A stretch of 63,144 bases of DNA, filler included, from Lenisia limosa (taxonomy: Eukaryota > Protista > Breviatea): assembly GCA_001655205.1 (NCBI GenBank). It is 10 parts of 10 records of this genome, joined end to end, with 100 filler letters (N's around TTAATTAATTAA, not from the genome) between each part and the next. Parts side by side here need not be neighbours in the genome. Positions count along the whole stretch, not along the records: positions 4,470 to 26,856 come from LPNZ01010955.1; 9 more parts are not named here. One strand, given 5' to 3'. Made by a program: the position numbers and the translations under genes. Each line of letters begins with the position of its first letter. The stretch's first letter is position 1. This document shows, piece by piece, positions 12,353 through 24,803 of this stretch. The notes below the pieces were generated by a model, which saw only the letters and a program-made list of their open reading frames with translations, was not told the DNA's origin and ran no database searches.

Positions 12353-15300
12353 ATAAACCTCCATCGCCTAGAAGCCGTGATAGTTTTGACAAGCTGATTG
12401 GACAGTCGGAACTGGCATCAAAACAGGTAGGTTTAATTGCATTTCAAAAGAATTGTTATGCAAATTTCTACGAAATCTGAGATGAACACAATTTGTCTGA
12501 TATTGAAATTTGGGGACTTCTGTTGCTTTACCTGAAATAAACCTATTACTGCATTTAATTCCTTTTCATTCCACATTAAACTGCGTGAAAGCAAATTCTA
12601 AACTATCGCTGTTTTCAAGAAAACTGTCTAGAGAAGTCAAGTTATGCCCCAATAATGATTCAGGCAAAGGCATTGGAACTTGAGTTTCGCACCCGTTGGA
12701 TTGAACATGACCATAAGGTTAGCCCAAGCCATTATCAATTAACTATTACCGATATTTGTGTCGAAATAATGAAATATACTTATCCTGGAAATTTAATATT
12801 CACCCGAGACTGAAACAGTTTGTTTGCAATTGTATAGAATACAAAGCTTCAGGACATTATATTATTGGATTCTTAATTGTCTGAAAATTTTGGAATTTAA
12901 TCTGCGTTTCCAGCTCCATTATTCTCATTTCTAGACGATGCATATTGTGGTCTTTCTGAGCTTTGTGATCACACCACTTTTCCTGTTATTTGTGTTGTAA
13001 GAGGGATTGAGCTTTGTGAGAGTTTCAATGAAGCTTAATTCGAATTAATGAAATTTTTGCTAATAATTTGAATAACAACTTTTTGAAAATGTCATTTAGG
13101 ATTTGAAATTGACGTTCAATAACATTCATAGGTATAACGCTGTACCTTTAATGCCAGCATCTTTGGTAAGTTTTTTATCTTGATTCACAAAATATCCTTA
13201 GGGTATGTATATAAATATAAACAAGTTAATTTCCCCTAGATGTGTCCTGATATTTACTATAAATCCAAATTTGAATATAGTTGAAGCCAATAAAACTAAA
13301 AAAAATATCCCAATTGTATTACATTAAAACTATCAATCCTGAATAACTATTACTATGAAAATATATCCAAATAAGATGATCCAAAAACCATGAATAAATA
13401 TCCTATTTACATCACCGTCAAGTATCGCCAAACTATTACAAGTCTTGCCTTCCTTGCTAGTCTTCTTGTTGGGGTCACCCTATTCTACGAGCCTTATTCC
13501 AGGTTTGAGTTGTTTTTCTTCACTGAATTATACCTCTCTATCCTATATACCAATTTCCATCCACTCAGCTTGTCCCCTACTACAGTTTACCAGTCCGTAA
13601 GAGTTGGTGGATGAAACGGCGACCACTAGGATTAAGATTGTCTTAGTTCATTACCGTATCTATTTCAATATTGGCAAATCAAATTTCGCAAATCCAACCC
13701 AATTTAATCTAGATACCACGAGATCGTGTATTCCTTCATGACAGCAGCGTTTTTACTACATTCCTCGTCGTGGAGTGGCGATAATGTCTACGAGTAAGAA
13801 ACTTACAATTCAATTGCATTTTGAAAAGTTAAATTCAATCTAGACACACACATTAATCAAAAATTAGTACATGAAGAAATGTGGAAGATTTGACATAGAA
13901 GTTTAATCAATTTAGAGAAGACTACTTTCTCTCAGATCACTGCATGATTATGTTCAGTCACTATGTGTCTTGCAGCATGCGGTTTAGACGAATGTAAGAG
14001 AAAAACTCATTCTACAATTCCACGGTCGACTAAATTTCTTGATAAAACTCAAAATATCGCCATTACATGATATTATAGCTATACTGTATATATCTCTATA
14101 ATATGTTAATATTGTTACTGAAATGGACATATTTCAATATTTTGAAATAATCAACACAGTAAATGAACAGATTTAATGAATATGCTGCCGTTTAGTGAGT
14201 GATATCGCTTCAATGATTGATGTAGGAACGAAATCAATTTGGCTATCTTTATTTTTCACATTGTCTCTGCCTGGTGTGTCGGCATCTCCCCGTCGGCTTA
14301 GTACATTTGTTGTCTATAATGCCAATGAAAATAATATGTTTCATGAAATAGATCTCCAGAGTTCAATAATAGTTAAGTAATTTAAAATTAATTGTGGAAG
14401 TTTGTATGTTGAATATTCAAAATATCTTTAGCGCAATTTCATATTAATAACCTAGAAACTGGGAACAAGGCAACATTGTTATTGTCCTAGGAAATTCATA
14501 GCCTCAAGAGCCCTGACTATCCTGTGCCACACCATCTTTTCAGCCCAACTTGCTTATCGAGAAGAAAAAAGAGCTAGGAGTATTTTCCTGGCTGTTGTGA
14601 GTGGTTATTTCAATGAATTGTTTTATGGATTTCTTATTCGTAAACATATTTTCATTCTTATATGATATGCTATAAAGTAGATAATACAAATACATGGTAA
14701 TAAATATTCAATATTGTATGATATAGAAGTTTTACCCCATACACAGAAGCTTCACTACTTAGAAAAAAATGACACGATTAATGTCATATATATGCATGCT
14801 GTATACACAAATATACCATAATATTTGATATACTAGAAGTATTAACCTATACGTAGAAGCTTCAGGAACATCGTCATGCTCTCCTAAAGAAGTGTATGGA
14901 AAGTTTGGTACCGCCTTCAGTAGTGACACGGTTACTGAACTCTAAGCCCTTGATGAAAGAGTACACAGTTGCTTCTTTATTGCAGGTACTAATAGGAAAT
15001 AGTTTAGCTCAAGAATTCAAAAAAGGGACATATAGGCTATTTGCCGTATCATTGAAATTTACTCAGCTAATTTCCAGAATTCGAGCAAACATCACTTCTC
15101 TATCACAAACAATCATAGGAAGCTAGCCATTGATGAATCATAAAATTTTGGTCAAAATTGAGTTTATACCTACAATTTTTATGGCAATACTGCCCATATA
15201 CTTCTCCAATATTTCTGTAATACAATCAATACCAATATACGACAAAGAATTGACTTTTAATTCCCATGTAGTGATAGGTAATTCCAAACAATTCTGAAGT

Positions 15301-17597
15301 CGATAATTCCATAGAATTGTAAATTATGGATTCCTTTTTTCAAAAGAGTATCCAATGATGGCATAATGCAATTTTCCAGAAATTTCTCAAATTTGTCTAA
15401 GATGTCCAGATTGACTTAGTTGACTTCACGAGGGTGTCATCGTTACAGTCTCCCATGGTTATGTTCAAATGTCTCCGAATTATTAGTAGGCCAATTGATA
15501 TTATATCATAATTAATAAAAGTTAAAAAATTCTCAAATTTACATCATAGTAAACTTGTTTGTTTTTTTGTTTATTTTTGTTAGAATACTCTGATTCTCAC
15601 CGATGACTTCATATGATATGTCTCTTTTACTCCGTGTTCTATTGATCTCTATCTTATTTTTTTTGTAAAATTATAGTAGAATACTGTTTAAAATCACGAA
15701 CTTTACTGGGGAAAAAAACGTACAATAAATTCATTTAAATTTGACTAATATAACTGCTGTGTGACATCAATAAGATAATAGATCATAGCTGAGACAACTT
15801 GGAGAATTGATTATATTCACATTGTAGTTGAGACGTTTGACTCAACATGCTCGCAGACAAAATGCAACCGCTTGTACACCATTGGAGACTGCTGGGTTGT
15901 ATGAGGGATGTTCACATATTGCTTCATTTTTTGAAAATAGAATGAATTTCATGGGATATGGTTCTTATCTAGAATAATGATTACAATTGCATAATTTTGA
16001 CATATTTCTTACATAAAATTGACAAAAGTATTCTGAGCTCCTCATATGCATATTCTTAATGTGGTGTTGATATACATGAGTGCTTTGCCTTTTTAAACAA
16101 TGACAAAGTACCATATTTTCCCATGTTCTTAGCCTGTATTTTATATATTCAGGCAGCAGCTACAGAGGAGAGTACTTCAAACCCCCCGGTTTGTACATTA
16201 TTGTAACAACATATTCATAAACTTCTATACGCACTCAAAATCCATTGTATGTAATATGGTACTGATATGTAGAAAAAGACAACTTGAAATTGGTTACGTA
16301 TCCGATACTGTTGAGTTTTACTTCAAGATTGAGTATTAACAAAAAACAATCAAGATCCCACAAACAGAATACAAAGCTCAATATCTCCTATTCTATGATT
16401 CTATGATATGAATTACCACTGATTGACATTGTATTTTTTTGTTCCCAAAAAACAAAGTTTCTAATGATTTTAGTTGGAAATAGCAAGTCTTGCAGAGCAA
16501 ATTATCAAGAAATTACCAACTGTGGTGAGTCAGGTTCTGTTTTGGGTGATTGTGGTTGTAATTTTTGGTACTACAATAGAGCTCATAGCCTTGGGAGTCC
16601 AATACAATACTTGGGAGTTCTTTAAAATCTTCAAATTTCAATAAAATTACACTGGATTACCAATAATTGTGTACCTTTGAATACTCTTTTGAGTAGCATT
16701 ATGTGCATCATTTTGAATACAATTTGGTTTTTCCAACTTTCTTTTTCTCTCTACCTCTGACTTTCGTTTAGAAATTATCCACAAAACAGCTTCTAAGCTG
16801 CTATGGTAAGTGATCGTCGCTCTGTCATAATTGTTTTCACTTCAATTTACAAGACTAAATATCCTGATAAATTATCGAAAACTATCGATATTGTGTTGAA
16901 TTTATTCGGAAAACGTTCGTATTCCACTATCATACCCCCCCCCTCCCACATCATTACTAGGGCTTCACTTTGGTTCGAAAAAGACCAGTAAAATATCGAT
17001 TTTTTTCGAGGATTTATCAAGAAATTCAATATTATTTCGAACCGAAGTGAAGCCCTAATCATTACTGAAACATAATTAGAAACACCTTGAAAAAATGTCA
17101 TAATTACGGCTTCATTAGCCCAGCGTATGACTAGTTCTCAAAACAATCATCACTTATATTTGAATAGTTTTATATCTTTTCCTTAACGAAATATAGCCCT
17201 AGTCGTAATGTTTACAGATATGCATGTTCGAATTGGGCTTGCAACCGGCCAGGCGGTTTCGGGCATTATTGACTCCATGAGGCCAAGATACCTCATGGTA
17301 GGTACATTAAAAATGTTGTGCATATTTCTCAGGAATTTCAAAGAGGCCAAATTTAGTAATTTTAGATCATAAATACACAAGGTAATAAATTTGTGACAAA
17401 ATCAAATTAATCGCAAACGCAACTAGTTTAAGCTAGGCGTTGTATAATACATTTTAATAACTAAAAGCTAGATAGTAAACTTGCTCTAACTACACCAGTG
17501 GGGTGTTGCCCCCAGCCGAGCCAGTTTGATGGAGGCGGCATCACCATATGACTGTTTCGCATGCGATGACGCAACGGCCACTGCACTTCAATTCATG
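12353..17597 (+). CDS. Membrane-bound class III adenylyl/guanylyl cyclase family protein (partial, C1-type catalytic domain)
   Basis: Hydrophobic exons (LAFLASLLVGVTLF, YHEIVYSFMTAAFLL, RALTILCHTIFSAQLAYREEKRARSIFLAV) precede cyclase motifs in correct order: IDLVDFTRVSSLQSPM (~15410), ETFDSTCSQTKCNRLYTIGDCWV (15828-15898), SLAEQIIKKL, DMHVRIGLATGQAVSGIIDSMRPRYLM (17218-17297), WGVAPSRASLMEAAS (17499-). Further exons may continue to ~19180. Confidence 0.82.
16958..17057. mobile_element. hAT-type MITE copy in cyclase intron
   Basis: 100 bp; TAGGGCTTCACTT...AACCGAAGTGAAGCCCTA; perfect 8-bp TSD ATCATTAC (16950-16957, 17058-17065). Confidence 0.93.
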
Positions 17598-20402
17598 GTT
17601 TTTTGGCTCAAATTTTCCGAAATTTCAACAATAGGGTCAACATTTTGTTATTGTTTTTAATTTAGCCGTTCTCATTCCAACCAGTGTCAAATCCGAAAGT
17701 TCAGTATCAATACCCAAAATCTTCAAAACAGGTTGGAAGTTCCTGATATAATCAACCAACTCTTGAATTAAAATTTAATTTTCTAATCTTCATACATACC
17801 TTATTATGACTGCACAGGAGGTAATCATATTAATTTTCGATCATTTTTACACGATTTAACTATCATTGTCCAAGCATGGCTCATCTCAATGATACCCTGA
17901 TACACTTGAGATGAACCATCGTCGTGTTATCTTCGTTCATCACAGTAGATATGGTACAGCATTATCATAAGTGGATATATATTATTCGAAATATTAACTT
18001 GCTCAGGGGTGGTGTATCATCCTTTATACAACGACTGTTTTCCGACCGCTGTTTGTTCACAACCAATACCAACAACGTCACTGCTGGTAGGTCGGTATTA
18101 CAGGGCTAGCAGCAGGTAGTTGCGACTTATTGGGTAGTAAAAATTGAGTGTTTTCTTCAATTATACAATGACGTGGATATCTTGAGCAAAATTGGTCAAG
18201 ACTTATCAAGTTCACTGTAAAACAATATGAATATTGTGAAACTGAGACAATATGATGGTGCCATTAATTCAACATATATTTCATGTTTGTCATTATTTAG
18301 ACTCTATTTTGGTGAAAGAAGAGATTCCCAAAGACTATGAACAAAGTGAGTCCCTTGTTGAAATAAAACATTAGTTGTTTATTTCTTTCAGTTTTGAAGA
18401 AATATCGCCTGTGTTCATACTTGTGACTCAGGTTAACAAATAAAGGTTGAATTGTTTGAAAATTTGATGTCGCTAAAATAATTTCTCTCCATACGACACT
18501 ACTTTTCATCAGCTGTATGACTGTTCATATCAGCTATATGTACAAATACATACATATGTATCTGTATCATACTATTGCATACTACTCGTTCAGATCCATA
18601 GGGGTCACACGTGTATACACCTCAAAACTACCAAATTATGCGTTTGATGATATATCTTTGTCGACATTTTATTTTCTAATTTCTTATTTAGACGCGAAAT
18701 TTGACCTGCTAAAGATCAATTTTGCCATTATCAAACTGCTGAACGAATCCGAAGACTCAGGTAACAGGAAGTTGTTTCACAGATTAATCACACTAAGACG
18801 CATTGACTTGGGATTCTTCTAAAGAGTTGGGATTCACCCCAGTTAGGAATTCTATGTAATTTTATCTGAAGAAATTTAATGGTCCCAAATACCATGGGAA
18901 TTCCAAGTCGACACTCCTTGATGGCTATGCTTATATTAGTGGGACTCTGGTGACCCTTAACTCTCAGTAAAAAATTTTGACGAAATACATAAATTGATAA
19001 ATTGCTGATTCTGAAAATTAGATATTATGACCCCTGTTTTCCTCTACCCCTCTTTGGCTAAGTCTAACTATTAGCTGACGAGCAAGCCTATCTCTTTGTC
19101 CAAAGAAAATTGGTCCTGATAAAAGAGGCGTTTTCAGCCTGTGGAGAATTTTGGATCAACGTCAACCTTGATACGCTCAAGTAAAGGTGTTTTATGTACA
19201 ATTGGTAACAATGAAGGTGTTTTGAATGTTTATGTATTGTTGTCCTTACTATTACTTGAATCAAAGGTACGGTTTTGTTTGACCCTCCCGACACAATCCC
19301 ACACTCACTCTTTCTGTAAGATTTGTGCGTTCTGCTTTGCTTTCTGGGAGCAGTAAGGAAATTCATTGTGATAAACAAGAGGTGCAATATCGCGGGTAGG
19401 AAAAGATGATGAATTTTAGTATCAAGGTCCTACCACTAAGGGGAACAGGAATGTATAACTTAAAAAGCAAACATCCTGGCTGCCAGGTGGTCATTATTAT
19501 TGGCAGCTGTTGGGTGATTTGTTGGTTATTGGTGGTGTTATTCTGCTCTTCTTCTTTGTGTTTGGTGGTTGTTTTGGTTGGAAGGCAGACACTGGACCCC
19601 CAAAATCTCCCCTTGAGTTTGCTTGGAGCCCCTGGAAAGTACAGGGTGAGAGGCAGACAAAGAGCTGAAAACCGAAACAAAAATGCAATTAATGTCACAA
19701 ATGTAATGATCTGCTTGCCCCTTCATTGCAAAAAACCAAAAACTGCAAAAACAAAAACTGAAACAAACATTTGAACATTTGAACAAACATAACAACAAAA
19801 CACTCACCACAACAAATACACAGCCCCCCATTCTTCCTGCTTCTTCTCCAGAGACAAAAGAATAAGAAGGACAACAGTTAAAGCCAGATACAGCCAATTG
19901 TCACACTGGATACCCGGAACACTTCTTGGTTTGCTCACTCTGTAGATATATATTCCTCCTTGGTTTGCTATCAAAGCAATGTGAAATCTTTCATGTATCA
20001 TGTCGGGGTGCACATCTCTNNNNNNNNNNNNNNNNNNNNNNNNNNNNNNNNNNNNNNNNNNNNNNNNNNNNNNNNNNNNNNNNNNNNNNNNNNNNNNNNN
20101 NNNNNNNNNNNNNNNNNNNNNNNNNNNNNNNNNNNNNNNNNNNNNNNNNNATCACGTTTATAAAGGATAAAGGATAAGTTTCATTGTTATTGCATCGGAG
20201 TCCAATATCTCTTATTAGCGATGGTGTAGACAGCCTCGGCCAGATCTAACTTTTTTTAGTTCTATTTCTCCTCTCTATATAATAGTAATTTACTCAATCA
20301 GCTCAGGACACAAGCACAACTTAGGCAATTAGTCCTTTTTTGCAGTAAATTCTCCGCAAAAAAACAGCCCTTCTTTCTCAGTTACCCCCAACCCCCTTCC
20401 AG

Positions 20403-23400
20403 ATCCAGAGTAATAGAACTCCTACGCCGCACGCCGCACGCCATGCTATCAGCTTTCGCTCGCGTTGCCCCCAGAGCCTCTGCGCTCACCTTAAATCAGG
20501 TTTGGCCCATTTTTTTGGTACAGACAATTTGGGTGGATATTGTTTTTTTTTTAGCTTATAATAATTAACATCTTCTAATGATTGTTAAACTGGGTGCCTT
20601 TTNNNNNNNNNNNNNNNNNNNNNNNNNNNNNNNNNNNNNNNNNNNNNNNNNNNNNNNNNNNNNNNNNNNNNNNNNNNNNNNNNNNNNNNNNNNNNNNNNN
20701 NNNNNNNNNNNNNNNNNNNNNNNNNNNNNNNNNNNNNNNNNNNNNNNNNNNNNNNNNGCTAAATATTAAGCTCATATCCGTGTCATGACTTATCGCGGTC
20801 AGTGTATATTTGTCGGTATTTTTTTGGCCAAAATGCAGTAGTTTTGAGCTTAAAACCTAAAAGGGACTCCGGTACCATAGTATCACCAGAATATGTAGAA
20901 GAGGTGAGAAATAAAACAAGTTTGTATCCATGGTTCCCGCTTGTTCCATCAATTTATTTCGCATATCAACAAATTCTTCAGCTGATCCGCCCTTCATATC
21001 ACCACTGACCACTGGCATAAGTTTTTTTTTTTTCATTAAGCCGCAAAAGTAACNNNNNNNNNNNNNNNNNNNNNNNNNNNNNNNNNNNNNNNNNNNNNNN
21101 NNNNNNNNNNNNNGCATACATTCATCATCATCCATTTTATGACAATCATCTTTTGCAATTTGAGCCTTAAAACTTACGTTAATAATTTGCATTCTGCCTT
21201 TATTTCTTGCCATCTCTCCTTTGTTGTATGTATTAAATGCTGAAGGAATTTTAGTTAAATTAGTGTGTTTTATTTTTATTCCAGTTTTCGGAACCCTTTC
21301 TTCATCAATTGAAGAAGTTTAAGTTATTTTACGTTTTCCTCTTATTCCTCCAACCCTCATCATCACAGATCAGAACAGCACTGTTCTCTCAGCCGGCTGT
21401 GTCAACCACTTTTGATAAGGTAATACCTACATATTACTCTGTGAAATTAGTTCTTAATTTCAAACACCTAAAGTGACATAGCTATATTTATTGCAATTTT
21501 GGTAACTTTAATTTCAATTTAGTCAATTTAATTCACATACTTTGAAATTAAATAGTCTGAAATAGTTGTCTGTACAACTTGTCTTACTTCGATTGTAGGG
21601 GAATGATCTTGAATGTATATCTCATTTTACCAGGTCGCGGCCCCTTTGAAAGTCAAGCACAAAAAAAAGGAAAAGGTGTGAAAATATAATGCCAATTTCA
21701 CAGGACGCTTCAAAAACTGGTGCGGGCTTGTTTTTGTGTTTTTGTCATCTCGCTTTTTTCTAGTTTTAGAGTTGATTACTCGTGTTTGTTATTGCTTGTT
21801 TGTTTTTTTTGTTTTATTCGGTTCGTGATTAGTACCTTTACGCCAATATTCTTCACCGAAATTTCCTTCGTTTTTATTCTTTTAAACGGGACTTTATTGA
21901 ATCACTTCCGCCTGAATCTCCGTTAATCTCTTCTTTTCACAACGCATTTCTGTTCATTGATGATCTCCTCATTGTAGACCCTCACGACGATTTGATAACT
22001 CTGCTTACTAACCCTCCTGATGGGGATGATGGGCGTGCGGACTCTCTCCGTTTGGAAAACACTACTGTCGCCCCTGTAGTATGCAATTACTTATAGGTAT
22101 TCATATCTCTATTCAAAGGAGAAAGTTGTTCCTTTCGATATTTGTCAAACGCAGGACTTTCCTTTCGAAGTCTTCCAATATCCTCATTCCTCTTCAACTA
22201 TACCTAAACACATNNNNNNNNNNCTCGATATGCTAGGCCCAGCTCGTCAATTATCGCCTTCAGGGATAATGCTGTATTACTCTTAAAAAGTTAATTCCTA
22301 ATGGACACAGGCGTCAGCGTGTCCTTGCGATTGCTAAAACTTTCATTTCTGTCTGCAGATTTCCCTTCATACCCCAGACGCGGCCGCCTTATGCGCCAAG
22401 TCTATCACAATGTCTAGGTTCAAAGATTAACTAGGGGAGCTTTTTCAGAACCCTAATGCTATTATTCCCCTCAGCTTAATATTTTTAAAGTAACCTTTGA
22501 CTTGTGCCCCTTTGTTTTGTTTTTTGTGTTATTGTTTCGATTTCAATGTTTGCTGCATGTGTGTTTGTTTTGTTTTGTTTTGTGCTTTGCGTTTGCCCAG
22601 CCAACCCCCTTTTTTTTTATATCATTTTTTTTTTTAGTTTGGAGTTTCAGATTATTCGGTTCGTGATTANNNNNNNNNNNNNNNNNNNNNNNNNNNNNNN
22701 NNNNNNNNNNNNNNNNNNNNNNNNNNNNNNNNNNNNNNNNNNNNNNGGACAAACCCCTTCGCATTCCAGCCGAAATTCTGCGGGTATATTCCCCAAGTCT
22801 TGATACCCCTGTAGGGAGGGGTGGGGGGGGACTTTTGAAAATGATTATTATGCTCAAATTAGGGTCTTTAGAAGAATTTACTCGGGCCGTGTGTAATTGC
22901 TTGTGAAAATATGAAGTGGACTTTTTGAAACGAGAACCTATTTCAGACGTTTTTATCTTGAAAATTTACGATTATATCCAAATAATAGACTCTTAGATAT
23001 GATATTAACCCCCCCCCCCCTNNNNNNNNNNNNNNNNNNNNNNNNNNNNNNNNNNNNNNNNNNNNNNNNNNNNNNNNNNNNNNNNNNNNNNNNNNNNNNN
23101 NNNNNNNNNNNNNNNNNNNNNNNNNNNNNNNNNNNNNNNNNNNNNNNNNNNNNNNNNNNNNNNNNNNNNNNNNNNNNNNNACACAGATAATATTGATATT
23201 TATCGTGTTTTTATCGAGATTGTATTCGTTTTTGTAACAGTATGGAAGCCTTAATCATTGAAATATCACCTTCACTCAACATAAACATGTACCAGTGTTA
23301 AATTTAGTGACGTCCCCTTCATTCACCATCCGCCAGAATCGAATTTGACGATATGCACAAGACTGGAATTTACACGTGGAACTATCTTCATCATCTTGGC

Positions 23401-23462
23401 GAGCACGTGCCGGAGCTGACGGCGCGATATATCAAGACCATGGCCAAAACCGGACGTTCTCG
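20403..23462 (+). CDS. Multi-exon gene with a weak Transib/RAG1-like C-terminal motif
   Basis: Exons SRVIELLRRTPHAMLSAFARV, IRTALFSQPAVSTTFDK, DPHDDLITLLTNPPDG, ISLHTPDAAALCAKS, TDNIDIYRVFIEIVFVF, IEFDDMHKTGIYTWNYLHHLGEHVPELTARY. The last resembles RAG1 [18 protein letters not shown]. Catalytic acidic residues not located. Confidence 0.35.
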
Positions 23463-24803
23463 GTTGGATGGATGACTTTATTTTTTTTTGTTTTTATGGA
23501 TATTGTGCGAATCTACTTCCATATATGAGATACTATATGAAATAAGATCTTGTCAAATTTCCCCTTGGCAAAATCTGTCAAGATTTCACACTTATCATTT
23601 ATCATTCAGCTTCTTTTTTTTTACTTTATTTAAAGATCGCTGGGATCCCTTATATTGATCAGCATCCTCTTCATATCAGATGTTTATTTTATAGATTTAT
23701 GCTTATTTAACTCCCAGGTTTCCAACGAAGAAAAAAGCCCATTAGCCCTCTCAAGTTAGAATTATTTATTTATTTATCTGGGTCTGCGCCAACCCTTGCA
23801 ATGTATGTTATGTTTTCACAAGCCGAAATATTGGAGATGGAGGTGTTTCCTGTTTTCAGTTTCCCACAATCAAATTGGTTCATATATTAAATGTGTCCAT
23901 AGACTCGTCAACTCGCGGGCCATATCGATCCCGACGATCTTTAAAACGGAGGGGGGCACAATGCTATTACCACGCAGAAGCTTTGGCATGAATAATCTCT
24001 TTTTTAAGCTTGAACTCTTAGATCTTTTCATCATTTGAGTTACCTACTTTCTCCAATTCATAAAACTTTTTCAAATTGAAAACTACAGAACTAGCATCAG
24101 AACAATTTTTACAATATCTCCATCAAACGAGAGAGCAGCAGAATATAATTAAACCGCCTTAGAAATAAACACCGTTTTAGAGCAATGAGAGATTTTCGCA
24201 AGCCCATTGGGGACTACTACTTGGCAAACAATATTCAATATTTTTACTTCTGAAGAAGTAACCATCAGTATTCTCTCCGATTCACAAAACATGAATTATA
24301 TTTCAAGAACTTCACAAACATAGCACATCAGAACAATTGCAACCACATGGCATGACAGAATTTACACCTTCCATTCAAACATAATAACAGAAGAAATAAG
24401 CCATTTTAGAGCAATAAAAGCATTTCGCTAGCCCATTGGGGGCTACTACTTGGCAGTATCCGAGGTTCCTTGGACTAAAGTGTGACCATTATTTACATTG
24501 GATTCCGACGTAATTAATATGGATGTCTGAAGAAGTTTATGGATTCCCAAAAACCACCACAAGGGAATATCCGGGTAATGTGAAGATAGAAGCTGCCACA
24601 ATACTGAAATTCCACACACAAATGCATATTATATCATCATATTTATACACACATATCATATATATTACATATATTTTTCTATTTGTAGCATATAATGATA
24701 TATACAGGTATGTATATTCACCACGACCCCACTTTACCCCCCACACACTCACTTGAGAGTCAACTCTTTGATTTTGAAACCTGTGATCAACCCCCCTTCC
24801 CAC

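Noticed and set aside
19497-20013. Overlapping ORFs on both strands with hydrophobic stretches
   Set aside because: Strand and exon structure could not be resolved; largely T/G-rich intron-like sequence.
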